DNA of 48,845 nucleotides from Azonexus sp. (GTDB taxonomy: Bacteria; Pseudomonadota; Gammaproteobacteria; Burkholderiales; Rhodocyclaceae): the NCBI GenBank assembly GCA_036726285.1, contig DAIMCQ010000001.1, positions 1 through 48,845 on the forward strand, written 5' to 3'. The notes beneath the pieces were generated by a model. It searched no databases, was not told where the DNA came from, and was given only the letters and a program-made list of their open reading frames with translations. Each line of letters opens with the position of its first letter. Position 1 is the first letter of the stretch. The position numbers and the translations under genes were made by a program. This document shows positions 31,237 through 44,875 of the stretch, piece after piece.

Positions 31237-32742
31237 TCATTCGGGGCGCATGGAGGGGAAGAGAATGACATCGCGAATTGCCGCCGCATCGGTCAGCAGC
31301 ATGATCAGGCGATCGATGCCGATGCCGCAGCCGCCGGTCGGGGGCAGGCCGTATTCGAGGGCGCGGATGAAATCGGCGTCGTAGTACATCGCCTCTTCGT
31401 CGCCGGCATCCTTGGCCTTGGCCTGTTCCTGGAAGCGGGCGGCCTGGTCTTCGGCGTCGTTCAGCTCCGAGAAGCCGTTGGCGATCTCGCGGCCGACGAT
31501 GAACAGCTCGAAGCGCTCGGTGATTTCCGGATTGGTGTCCGAGGCGCGGGCCAGCGGCGAAACTTCGACCGGGTAATCGATGATGAAGGTCGGTTCCCAG
31601 CAATGAGCTTCGGCGCAGGCTTCGAACAGCTGCAATTGCAGGCTGCCCAGACCGCCCGGCTTGACCGGTTCGCCGAAGGCCTTGATCTTGGCTTTCAGGA
31701 ATTCGCTGTCGGCCAGTTCGGCGTCGGAGAATTCCGGGTGCTGGCGCTGGATGGCCTGGTTGATGGTCAGGCGATGGAAGGGCTTGGACAGGTCCAGTTC
31801 GCGGCCCTGATAGACGAAGACTTCCTTGCCCAGTGATTCGCGGGCGGCGTGGCGGATCAGGCCTTCGGTGAAGTCCATCAGCGTGTGGTAGTTCGCGTAG
31901 GCCTCGTAGAACTCCATCATCGTGAATTCAGGATTGTGTCGCGGGCTCAGACCTTCATTGCGGAAGTTGCGGTTGATTTCGAACACCTTCTCGAAACCGC
32001 CGACCACCAGGCGCTTCAGGTAAAGCTCCGGGGCAATGCGCAGGAACTGCTGCATGTCGAGCGCGTTGTGGTGCGTGACGAAAGGCTTGGCCGAGGCACC
32101 ACCGGGGATCGGGTGCATCATCGGCGTTTCGACTTCCATGAAGTGGTGACCGGTCATGTAATTGCGGATCGAGGCGACGATGGCCGAGCGGGCGCGGAAG
32201 GTGAAACGCGTTTCCTCGTTCATGATCAGGTCGACGTAGCGCTGACGGTATTTCTGTTCCTGATCGGACAGGCCGTGGAACTTGTCCGGCAGCGGGCGCA
32301 GCGACTTAGTCAGCAGGCGGATTTCGGCGGCCTGGATGGACAGCTCGCCGGTCTTGGTCTTCATCAAGGTGCCGACCACGCCGATGATGTCGCCCAAATC
32401 CCAGCCCTTGAAGGCGGCGTAGGCTTCTTCACCGACCTTGTCGCGGGCGATGTAGAGCTGGATACGGCCGGAGACGTCCTGGACGGTGGCGAAGGAAGCC
32501 TTGCCCATGACGCGCTTCAACATCATGCGGCCGGCCACCTTGACTTCGACCGGCAAGCCTTCGAGTTCCTCGCCCGATTTCTCGCCGTAACCCTCGTGCA
32601 GCTTGGCTGCGGTGTTTTCACGCAGGAAGTCGTTGGGGAAGGCTTTCCCGGTTTTGCGCCACTCGGCGAGCTTGGCTCGACGTTCGGCGATAAGCTGGTT
32701 TTCATCCTGCTGGACCGGGGTTTGCTGTTCGGGGTTGGACAT
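31237..32742 (-). CDS. lysS: Lysine--tRNA ligase (class II)
   Basis: [31 protein letters not shown]. Confidence 0.98.
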   Translation of the reverse strand: MSNPEQQTPVQQDENQLIAERRAKLAEWRKTGKAFPNDFLRENTAAKLHEGYGEKSGEELEGLPVEVKVAGRMMLKRVMGKASFATVQDVSGRIQLYIARDKVGEEAYAAFKGWDLGDIIGVVGTLMKTKTGELSIQAAEIRLLTKSLRPLPDKFHGLSDQEQKYRQRYVDLIMNEETRFTFRARSAIVASIRNYMTGHHFMEVETPMMHPIPGGASAKPFVTHHNALDMQQFLRIAPELYLKRLVVGGFEKVFEINRNFRNEGLSPRHNPEFTMMEFYEAYANYHTLMDFTEGLIRHAARESLGKEVFVYQGRELDLSKPFHRLTINQAIQRQHPEFSDAELADSEFLKAKIKAFGEPVKPGGLGSLQLQLFEACAEAHCWEPTFIIDYPVEVSPLARASDTNPEITERFELFIVGREIANGFSELNDAEDQAARFQEQAKAKDAGDEEAMYYDADFIRALEYGLPPTGGCGIGIDRLIMLLTDAAAIRDVILFPSMRPE

Positions 32743-32833
32743 GAAGAATCCTTGGTAAATGGGATGTGCTGCGGTCGCCCGCGTAGAACCCTGAATTTTC
32801 GCCGATTTGCGCCTTCAGGGAAAGCTCGCCGCA

Positions 32834-33166
32834 TCAGGGAGCGGCGTAATGAATCGCCAGCCAGATTGTCGTTTGCCCAAGCAACGTCGATTCGACGCGA
32901 TGGCGCCGATGCGCCGCGATGGCGACAAAGTCGCCGGGAAGCAGTCGGCGTGGCCCTTCTTCGTCGGCAAAACGCAATTGCGCTTCGCCTTGCAGCAGGA
33001 CAACCCATTCGCTCTCCGCCTGGTCGTACCAGAAGTCGGGTGGGCTGCTTTGGCCGGTCGATACGATGCGTTCGATGCGCAAACCCGGTTGGGCCAGCAA
33101 TTCGGTGAATACTTCGTTGTCCGACAGCGCCGGCAGATTGGCGAACAGGTTGCCGTCGGGATTCAT
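32834..33166 (-). CDS. Cupin domain protein
   Basis: RIERIVSTG...WYDQAESEWVVLLQG...IAAHRRHRV. Confidence 0.85.
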   Translation of the reverse strand: MNPDGNLFANLPALSDNEVFTELLAQPGLRIERIVSTGQSSPPDFWYDQAESEWVVLLQGEAQLRFADEEGPRRLLPGDFVAIAAHRRHRVESTLLGQTTIWLAIHYAAP

Positions 33167-34419
33167 GGCTTGCCTCCCGTCTGGTAGAGCGGCAGTGCCT
33201 GCAGGCGAGCTTCGATTTCGGCCTGCATCCGCTGGTAGGCCGGGTTGCCCTGGCCTCCGAAGCGTTTGCGGAAGGTCTGGTCGTTCATGTTCTCCGGCAG
33301 GTCGGCCAATCTCGGCACGATATCCTGGTCGGCAAAGGCGGTTTTGACCAGGCGGTCGATCCGCTGTGGCTGATTGACGATCAGTTCGCCAAAGCGGGTG
33401 CCGGCCCGGTCGGCGGCAAGGTCGGCGAAAGAAAATCCGCTGCCGTGGCGGGCATCGGCCAGTTCCTTGTAGAGACCGATCGCGTCGGCAACCGGTTCGC
33501 CGGCCCAGGCTGCCAGCGTCGCCGAAACGGCAAAGTGCTGGGCGCTGTCCTGGCGTCCGTGCAGGGTCAGCATGACCGGTCGGGCTTGCGGCCAGTTTGC
33601 CGCAGCCGGGACCAAGCTCGGCAGGTTCTTTTCGGCCAGGTACACGCCGAGGATGAAAATCGCGGCCCGGCGGTTTTCGCGCTGGTCGGCGCCGCCGATG
33701 TCGAGCATCGGTCCGAGCACAGCCGGCAGCGCGAGGTGGCTGCCCGGCGCCTGGTGGTCGAGCAGCCCGGCCAGCATTTCCTGGGCGGAGCGCAGGCGGG
33801 CCAGGTCGTCCTGGTTAAGTGCGGTCGACCGGGCCTGTTCGAGCAGGGCCGGTTCCCAAGCGTAGCTGACCAGGACACGGAGGCGCTCCGGCTCGAAGCG
33901 GATGTCGCGGATCGCCTGGCGCCCCAGTGCCCATTCCCGCTGGTGGCCGGAGAAACCGACTGCCTGGTCAATGACTGCCTCGACCAGGCTGGCCGGAACG
34001 GGCAGGGAGCCCATTCTCGCTGCGGTGACGCGGGGTTGTCCGGCCACGGCCTCGATGCGGGCCTGCAGGTTGAGGAATTTTTCACCCAAGATTGGCGGCG
34101 TGCGCAGCGTCAGGCGGATTTCGGCGCTCTCGCCGTTCAGTGCCAGGCCGCCACGGCCATGCAGGAAGCGGGTGGCGAGATAGTTGACGCCGTCGTCGAG
34201 CAGGGCGGCGGGCAGGGCAATCCGCCGTACATCCCCGGCCCGCAATCGACGTGGGTCGTTCGATAGCAGCAGCCAGCGGGCCTGGGCCACCGAAACCGGG
34301 GAGATGGTGGCGTCGCGCGTGATTTGCGGCTGCGTGTCGAGCGCCGCCAGCAGCAAACCTCCGGCGGCCAGCACGAGCACAAGCAGCGTGCCGGCCAGCC
34401 AGGCCAGGAGGCGGATCAC
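33163..34419 (-). CDS. Membrane-anchored hypothetical protein with C-terminal YfiM/DUF2279-like motif
   Basis: N-terminal TM helix; DSAQHFAVSA...KELADARHGSGFSFADLAAD. Confidence 0.7.
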   Translation of the reverse strand: MIRLLAWLAGTLLVLVLAAGGLLLAALDTQPQITRDATISPVSVAQARWLLLSNDPRRLRAGDVRRIALPAALLDDGVNYLATRFLHGRGGLALNGESAEIRLTLRTPPILGEKFLNLQARIEAVAGQPRVTAARMGSLPVPASLVEAVIDQAVGFSGHQREWALGRQAIRDIRFEPERLRVLVSYAWEPALLEQARSTALNQDDLARLRSAQEMLAGLLDHQAPGSHLALPAVLGPMLDIGGADQRENRRAAIFILGVYLAEKNLPSLVPAAANWPQARPVMLTLHGRQDSAQHFAVSATLAAWAGEPVADAIGLYKELADARHGSGFSFADLAADRAGTRFGELIVNQPQRIDRLVKTAFADQDIVPRLADLPENMNDQTFRKRFGGQGNPAYQRMQAEIEARLQALPLYQTGGKP

Positions 34420-34437
34420 CCTCGGCTCACCGGTGAA

Positions 34438-35542
34438 TCAAACGCCCTGTTTCAGGCTGGCCTCGATGAAGGGATCGAGGTCGCCGTCGAGCACGGCCTG
34501 GGTGTTGCCGGTTTCGTGGTTGGTACGCAGATCCTTGATGCGCGACTGGTCGAGCACGTAGGAACGGATCTGGTGGCCCCAGCCGATGTCGGACTTGGCA
34601 TCTTCCAGCTTCTGTTGCTCGGCCTGCTGCTTGCGCAGTTCGAACTCGTAGATGCGGGCGCGCAGCATTTGCCAGGCTTCGTCGCGGTTGCGGTGCTGCG
34701 AACGGTCGTTCTGGCACTGCACGACGATGCCGGTCGGGACGTGGGTCAGACGCACTGCGGAGTCGGTCTTGTTGATGTGCTGACCACCGGCGCCGGAGGC
34801 GCGGTAAGTGTCGGTGCGCACGTCGGCCGGGTTGATGTTGATCTCGATCGAGTCGTCGACTTCCGGGAAGACGAACACCGAGGTGAAGCTGGTGTGGCGA
34901 CGTGCGTTGGAGTCGAACGGCGACTTGCGGACCAGGCGGTGAATGCCGGTTTCGGTGCGCAGCGTGCCATAGGCGTAATCGCCGGTGAACTTGACGGTGG
35001 CGCTTTTGAGGCCGGCGACGTCGCCTTCCGACTCTTCCATGACCTCGACGGTGAAGCCCTTCTTTTCGCCGTATTTCAGGTACATGCGCAGCAGCATCGA
35101 GGCCCAGTCCTGGGCCTCCGTACCGCCGGCGCCGGCCTGGATTTCCAGGAAGCAGGGCATCGGGTCGGAGGGATTGTTGAACATGCGGCGGAATTCGAGG
35201 GCGGCGATCTTGGCTTCCAGCCCGGCGTTGTCCGCCTGTACCGAAAGCAGCGTGTCGTCGTCGCCTTCTTCCTTGCCCATGTCGAACAGTTCGCGACCAT
35301 CAGTCAGGCCGGCCTCGACTTCTTCGAGGACCAGCACGATGTCTTCCAGGGATTTTTTCTCCCGGCCGAGTTCTTGGGCACGCTTGGCGTCGTCCCAGAT
35401 CTTCGGGTCTTCCATCTCCAGGTTGAGGAGGGTCAGGCGTTCGCGTTTCTGATCGTAGTCAAAGATACCTCCGAAGCTCGGCCGCGCGCTGCGCGATATC
35501 GTCGAGCTTGTTGGAGATGCTGTTGAGTTGTTCTGCTTCCAT
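34438..35542 (-). CDS. prfB: Peptide chain release factor 2 (programmed +1 frameshift after codon 27)
   Basis: MEAEQLN...ELRRYL, then CTT TGA C, then DYDQKRE...; SPF and GGQ motifs. Confidence 0.97.
35458..35473 (-). promoter_or_regulatory. RF2 +1 frameshift cassette
   Basis: Minus strand CGGAGGTATCTTTGAC: internal SD plus CUU-UGA-C. Confidence 0.95.
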
Positions 35543-35646
35543 TGTTGTTTCAGCCGGTGAATTGCAAAGGCGGGATTATACATTGGGCAATCTGGCCGAT
35601 TCCTTCGATCCATTTTGGCCGCAGGCAGGATGTGCTTCATCGAGGT

Positions 35647-35695
35647 TGCACTAATTTGGTGCGTTTTTGATGAGATCGCGGCGTGCGCTGGTGCA
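35647..35695. promoter_or_regulatory. Tandem NtrC-type enhancer boxes
   Basis: TGCACTAATTTGGTGCG (35647-35663) and half-site ...TGGTGCA (35679-35695), 32 bp apart. Confidence 0.7.
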
Positions 35696-35746
35696 GCTTG
35701 GTCATCGCTAATAGACAGGCCATTGAAATCAAATGATTTAATTTCA

Positions 35747-35761
35747 TGGCCCCTGTCTTGC
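35747..35761 (+). promoter_or_regulatory. Sigma-54 -24/-12 promoter
   Basis: TGGCCC-ctgtc-TTGC(T), exact GG-N10-GC spacing, upstream of the MCP operon. Confidence 0.7.
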
Positions 35762-35797
35762 TAGATGATCGCAACCCTAACTCTTTTTGCCCGGTCA

Positions 35798-36991
35798 ATG
35801 ACGCCCGATTCCGTTTCCTTGCCCTTCTGCGCTGCCACACCGAAGTCGCCCCTGATGCTTCCGGCTGGCGGTGCTGTCGCCGTGCTGGTTCTGGCTTGCG
35901 CCGGTTTTGGCTGGTCGCTGGCCATGGGCCTGGTCGGGGGGATGTTGTTCTCAGCGCTGTTTGCCGTGGTTGCGCTAAGCGGCTTGTTACAGCTTGCGGG
36001 TAGCGGCGAACGTTGGTTGTCGGCGCTGGTGGAGTTTGCCCGCGCTTTGCAGGCGGGCAATCTCGGTTACCGGATGCCGATCGCTCAGGATCGCTATGCC
36101 GTATTCGGCGAGCACATGAACAGCATGGCCCGTTCGCTGACTCAAGTCGTCAAGACGGTCGCGCGCACGTCGCATGAATTGAACAGTGTGGCGCACGAAA
36201 GCATGGCCAATGCCGCGGGTGGTAACGAGGGGGTCAAGCAGCAACGGGATTTGACCATCTCGTCGGCCGCCTCGCTGGAAGGACTGACCCAGGGCTTGCG
36301 CCAGGCTTGTGCGCAGGCCGACGAAGCGGCGACGGTGGCGGATTCGACCTTGGCAGTTGCCCAGCGCGGTGCCGAACAAGTCGGTTTGCTGGCCAGGAAC
36401 GTATCCTTCCTGGCCGCCACCGTGGCCGATTCGGCGACGGCGGCGGCCAGCCTGGGCGAGCGCTCGCAGGAAATCGGCAAGATCGTCGGGGTGATCAAGG
36501 ACATTGCCGGGCAGACCAGCTTGCTCGCCCTGAATGCAGCCATCGAGGCGGCGCGTGCGGGCGACCAGGGGCGAGGTTTTGCAGTCGTGGCGGATGAAGT
36601 GGGCAAGCTTGCCCAACGCAGTACCTTGGCGGCAGAAGAAATCAATCAACTGATCAGTCGAATTCGAGTGGAAATCGAACACATGGTCGGGGCCATGCTG
36701 GCCAGCAATGAAAAGGCCGGGGCCAGTGCCGAGGAGGGTATTCTGGCGGCCGGCGCGTTGCAGGCGGTGGCCGCCAATTCGCAACGCACGCTGCTCTTGG
36801 TGCGCGATATCGCATCGGCCAGTTCGACGCAACGTAAAACGGGTGAAAATGTGGCGCTAGACATCGAGCACCTGGCTCGCTTGGCGGATCGCAATGAAAC
36901 GCTGGTTCGTGAAAGTAGCGAATTGTCCCGTTATGTGGATCAACTCTCGGTCCAATTGACCGAGACCATGAAAAATTATCGCTACGAGTAA
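35798..36991 (+). CDS. Methyl-accepting chemotaxis protein without a periplasmic ligand-binding domain
   Basis: TM hairpin, [37 protein letters not shown]; start placed downstream of the sigma-54 promoter (ORF track begins 35765). Confidence 0.9.
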   Translation: MTPDSVSLPFCAATPKSPLMLPAGGAVAVLVLACAGFGWSLAMGLVGGMLFSALFAVVALSGLLQLAGSGERWLSALVEFARALQAGNLGYRMPIAQDRYAVFGEHMNSMARSLTQVVKTVARTSHELNSVAHESMANAAGGNEGVKQQRDLTISSAASLEGLTQGLRQACAQADEAATVADSTLAVAQRGAEQVGLLARNVSFLAATVADSATAAASLGERSQEIGKIVGVIKDIAGQTSLLALNAAIEAARAGDQGRGFAVVADEVGKLAQRSTLAAEEINQLISRIRVEIEHMVGAMLASNEKAGASAEEGILAAGALQAVAANSQRTLLLVRDIASASSTQRKTGENVALDIEHLARLADRNETLVRESSELSRYVDQLSVQLTETMKNYRYE

Positions 36992-37891
36992 ATGAACATG
37001 ACGCTTTCGTGGCCACTGCCGGTTTTTGTGCTTTTTGCCCTGGCCTTGCCGTTTGCCCGGCGTGCCCTGCGTCATCGCCGAGCCCGGCAGACGGCAGAGG
37101 GGTTGAGTCCGGTACTCGACAGTTGCCGGCAGTTGCTGGTTCTGGCGATCAACTTGCAGCAGCATCGGGGGCTGAGTAGTGCCTGGCTGTCGGGGGATGC
37201 CAGCTTCCTGCCGCGCTTGCGCGAAAAGCAGAAGCAGATCGAAGCCCTGTTGCCGCCGCTGATGCAGGCGGCGCGTAGCGAAGCCGGGCGGTATGCGCCA
37301 TGTTTCGTCGGCAATGACATCGCGCTCTTCGCCTTTCGCTGGCGCAACCTGGTCGATACGCTCAAGGGAAAATCGGCCGAGCAGAGCATTGCCGAACACA
37401 GTCACATGATTGGGCTGGTTCTCGACTGGCTGGCGGCCTTGGGTGAAGCGAGAATCGAGCCGCTGGCTGCCGGGACGGGGCACATCGGACGGGCGCGCAA
37501 TTTTGCCTATCGTTTGCCGGCGTTGGCCGAGGCGCTCGGACAGGCACGCGCAATCGGCACGGGGGTGGCGGCGCGCCGGGGGTGCTCGCCGGTGGCCCGG
37601 GTTCGCTTGATGTTCCTGATCGGCCGGGCCGAGGCTTTGCTGGAGCAGGCAACGCAAGCCAGCGATGGGGGCGAGTATGCACAGCGGGTGCGGAGCAGCT
37701 TGCAACTGATGGCTCGCACGGTACGAACCTCGATGTTGCTGAGCGATGGCGTTCGGGTATCGCCAGACGAATATTTTGCCGTCGTCACCCAGGTCATCGA
37801 TGCCGTCATCGCCTGGGTCGAGCACAGCGGGCTCTTGCTGCAGCCGTGGGCGGCAACGAAGTCAGGGCACATGGCGATTGCCGCGCCATGA
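36992..37891 (+). CDS. Stand-alone NIT (nitrate/nitrite-sensing) domain protein with N-terminal TM anchor
   Basis: LQQHRGLS and LAEALGQARA repeats resembling NIT LQ.ERG.S / E..GQERA; hydrophobic N-terminus followed by RRALRHRRAR. Confidence 0.7.
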   Translation: MNMTLSWPLPVFVLFALALPFARRALRHRRARQTAEGLSPVLDSCRQLLVLAINLQQHRGLSSAWLSGDASFLPRLREKQKQIEALLPPLMQAARSEAGRYAPCFVGNDIALFAFRWRNLVDTLKGKSAEQSIAEHSHMIGLVLDWLAALGEARIEPLAAGTGHIGRARNFAYRLPALAEALGQARAIGTGVAARRGCSPVARVRLMFLIGRAEALLEQATQASDGGEYAQRVRSSLQLMARTVRTSMLLSDGVRVSPDEYFAVVTQVIDAVIAWVEHSGLLLQPWAATKSGHMAIAAP

Positions 37892-40047
37892 GCAAGCGGC
37901 TCATGGCCGGCATCGCGGCACTCTTCCGGCCGGCCGCCGCAGCCAAAGGCAACGCCTGGAAGCACATCGACAGCGAACGCGTCTTGCAGGTCCTGGTGCA
38001 GAATCTCGACGGCATGTTGTTCCGCTGTGCGATCGATGCCGACTGGAGCGTGCATTTCGTCAGTGCCGGTTGCCGCGAACTGACCGGTTACAGCCCCGAG
38101 GAACTCGAAGCCAGCCAGAAAATCTCGCTTGAGGCGCTGACCCACCAGGACGATCGGGCCATGGTGCGCAATGCCATCATGCTGGCCATCGAGCAGGGCG
38201 CGCCCTACCGGATCGAGTACCGGATCATTTGCCGGGACGGTGCCGAGAAATGGGTCTTCGAGCGCGGTACCTGCGTCATCGATGAGTTTGGCGGACGCGT
38301 GTTGGAAGGTTTCATCGAGGACATCACCGAGCGGGTGCTCGGGCAATTGCGGCTGGCCGAGGCGGAAATGCGTTTCCGCAGCGTTTTCGACAAGTCGGTC
38401 ATCGGCATGTTCCAGACCACCCGCGATGGCCATTACCTGGCCGCCAACCAGGCGCTGGCCGATCTCTACGGTTTTCCGACGCCGCAGGCGCTGGTCGAAG
38501 GCATCTCCGATATTGCCCACCGCTTGTATGTCGATCCCGGTCGGCGCGACGATTTTGCCAACGAAATCCAGCGCAAGGGATTGGTGCGCGATTTCGAGTC
38601 GGAAGTGTATTGCTGCGACGGCCGGCGTATCTGGATTTCCGAAAATGCCCACGCCGTGCTCAGTCCGGAGGGCGATCTGCTCTACTACGAAGGCACGGTC
38701 GAAGACATCACGCAGCGGCGGCAGCACCAGGCGCAACTGGAATACCAGGCGACGCACGATCCGCTGACCGGTTTGCCCAATCGCAACCTGCTGCAGGACC
38801 GGCTCGAACAGGCGATGCGCAGTTCGCGGCGCAGCGGCCGGCCGGTGGCGGTGGCCTTTGTCGATCTCGATAATTTCAAGATCATCAACGACAGCCTGGG
38901 GCATGCGGTCGGTGACCGGCTGTTGCAGGAAATCGCCCATCGCCTGAGCGGTAGCCTGCGCGAAGTGGATACCGTGGCGCGTTACGGCGGCGATGAGTTC
39001 GTGCTGGTTCTGGCCGATCAGGGCGATGTCGGCGATCTCGGCCAGACCCTGGAACGCATCCAGCGCCGCATCGCCGAGCCGGTGCTGCTCGATGGTCACG
39101 ACCTGCGGGTCGGCGGGTCGATTGGTGTCACCGTCTATCCAACCGAAGGGCAAAATTTCGAAACCCTGCTCAGCCAAGCCGATGCCGCGATGTACCAGGC
39201 CAAGGCGGCCGGCAAGGGGCAGTTCCAGTTTTATACCCCCAAGCTCAACGGTCTGGCCTACGAGCGCCTGGAAATGGAAATGGCGTTGCGCAGCGCGCTG
39301 GAAAACGACGAGCTGCGAGTGCATTATCAGCCCAAGGTCAACGCAGAAGGGCAGGTCTCGGGTTTCGAGGCGCTGATTCGCTGGAACAGCCCGACCCTGG
39401 GTAGCGTGCCGCCGACCCGCTTCATTCCGGTCGCCGAGGAAACCGGCCTGATCAACCCGATTACCGACCTGGTCTTGCGCGCGGCTTGTCAGGAGGCGGC
39501 CCACTGGGTCGATATCGGCTGGCCGGAAATGAACATGGCGGTCAATCTGTCGGCCCGCCAGTTCGCCGACCAGGAGTTGCTCGGCAAGATCAGCCAGGTG
39601 CTGGCCGAGTCGGGCTTGCCGGCCAGCTGCCTGCAACTGGAAATTACCGAAAGCATGCTGGTCGGCGATGTCGAGCAGACGGTGACGATGCTCTCGGCCC
39701 TGAAAGCGCTGGGGGTACGTATCGCCGTCGACGATTTCGGCACCGGCTATTCGTCGCTGGCCTATTTGAAGCGTTTCCCGATCGATGTACTCAAGATCGA
39801 TCGCTCCTTCGTCATGGAATGCGACCGCGATGCTGATTCGATGGCCATTCCGCGCGCGGTGATTTCGCTCGGACGCAGTCTCGGACTGGGCATCGTCGCC
39901 GAAGGCGTAGAGCGCCAAAGCCAGTTCGAAGCCCTGCGTTGCCTGGGCTGCGACGAGTTTCAGGGCTATCTGTTCGCCAAGGCGATGCCGGCCGAGCAGA
40001 TCCCGGGCTTCCTGCGTTTGCGGGCCGAAATGATTTCCGGCGCCTGA
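37888..40047 (+). CDS. PAS-PAS-GGDEF-EAL diguanylate cyclase/phosphodiesterase
   Basis: Two PAS/PAC units; HDPLTGLPNR, REVD I-site, GGDEF; EALIRW, DDFGTGYSS, AEGVE, QGYLF; ATGA overlap with the NIT gene. Confidence 0.93.
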   Translation: MSKRLMAGIAALFRPAAAAKGNAWKHIDSERVLQVLVQNLDGMLFRCAIDADWSVHFVSAGCRELTGYSPEELEASQKISLEALTHQDDRAMVRNAIMLAIEQGAPYRIEYRIICRDGAEKWVFERGTCVIDEFGGRVLEGFIEDITERVLGQLRLAEAEMRFRSVFDKSVIGMFQTTRDGHYLAANQALADLYGFPTPQALVEGISDIAHRLYVDPGRRDDFANEIQRKGLVRDFESEVYCCDGRRIWISENAHAVLSPEGDLLYYEGTVEDITQRRQHQAQLEYQATHDPLTGLPNRNLLQDRLEQAMRSSRRSGRPVAVAFVDLDNFKIINDSLGHAVGDRLLQEIAHRLSGSLREVDTVARYGGDEFVLVLADQGDVGDLGQTLERIQRRIAEPVLLDGHDLRVGGSIGVTVYPTEGQNFETLLSQADAAMYQAKAAGKGQFQFYTPKLNGLAYERLEMEMALRSALENDELRVHYQPKVNAEGQVSGFEALIRWNSPTLGSVPPTRFIPVAEETGLINPITDLVLRAACQEAAHWVDIGWPEMNMAVNLSARQFADQELLGKISQVLAESGLPASCLQLEITESMLVGDVEQTVTMLSALKALGVRIAVDDFGTGYSSLAYLKRFPIDVLKIDRSFVMECDRDADSMAIPRAVISLGRSLGLGIVAEGVERQSQFEALRCLGCDEFQGYLFAKAMPAEQIPGFLRLRAEMISGA

Positions 40048-40226
40048 GCCGGCTTGTCCGGCAAAAAAATCATCAGTTCTTCCTTCTATTGTCCGGCATA
40101 TGAATCGGGCATTGGGGCGTAGAATGGCGGTGTTGCATTGCAGCATCAGGCGCTGCCGGCGGGGGCCGGCCGTCAGCCAGGCTGCGCACCTTCAGGCGTG
40201 TGCAGCTGTGTCATCAGGAACACACC

Positions 40227-43842
<3,616 letters not shown>

Positions 43843-43850
<8 letters not shown>

Positions 43851-44853
43851 CCTGAGCACAAACTATCTCGGCCTGAAGCTGAAAAACCCGCTCGTCCCGT
43901 CATCCACCCCGCTCAGCCACCGGCTCGATCCGGTGCTGCATCTGGAGGACGCCGGCGCGGCGGCCATCGTCATGCACTCCCTGTTCGAGGAGGATGTCCG
44001 TAACGACGAGCAGATGATCGACCGTTTCCTGGTTCATCCCGACGCCTTCGGCGAGGCGGCCGGTCACCTGCCGGCGGCCGAGCATTACCAGAGCCGTCTG
44101 GACAGTTACCTGGAGCAGATCGGCCGCCTTAAACAGCGGCTGTCGATTCCGGTGGTGGCCAGCCTCAACGGCTCGTCGCTCAACGGCTGGGTCGAGCTGG
44201 GGCGGGAAATGCAGGCTGCCGGGGCGGATGCCCTGGAACTCAATGCCTGGTACATGCCGGGCGACCCCGGCTTGTCGGGGGAGGCGCTGGAAGATCACTA
44301 CATTTCCCTGCTTCGGGAGTTGCGGCAGGTGGTGACGATTCCGGTCAGCATGAAGTTGTCGCCGTTCTTCTCATCCTTGCCGCATTTCGTGCACCAGGTT
44401 GAGACGGCGGGGGCGGCCGGCGTTTCCTTGTTCAACCGGTTTTTCCAGCCGGATATCGATCTCGATACGCTGAGCGTGGTTGACCGCGTGCAGCTTTCCA
44501 GTTCCGCCGATGTGTTGCTGACCATGCGCTGGGTCGCCATCCTGCGCGGACGAACCGGTCTGAGCCTGGCGGCGACCGGTGGCGTGCACACTGCGGTCGA
44601 TGCCTTGAAGATGCTGCTGGCCGGCGCCGATGTGGTGCATCTGGCCAGCGCCGTGCTCCAGCGCGGCCCGCAGGTGCTGATGGAAGTTCTCGACGGCATC
44701 ACGCACTGGATGGCGACGCGGGAATATGTTTCGCTGGCGCAATTGAAGGGCTCGATGAGCCAGCAGAACTCGCCCGATCCCAGCGCCTTTGCGCGCGCCG
44801 CGTATGTGCACGCTCTGGATTCGTTTACCCCGCCGCCCGGGGTGCGTTACTAG
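43843..44853 (+). CDS. Dihydroorotate dehydrogenase-like flavoprotein
   Basis: DLSTNYLGLKLKNPL, SLFEE, ALELN, KLSPFF, LFNRFFQPDID, ATGGVH; overlaps the PFOR stop. Confidence 0.88.
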
Positions 44854-44875
44854 CCTGGCTTGCCCGCGCCTGCTT

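Noticed and set aside
40048..40226. Sigma-54/NifA promoter for nifJ
   Set aside because: TGGC...TTGC is present but with the wrong spacing, and no clear TGT-N10-ACA was seen
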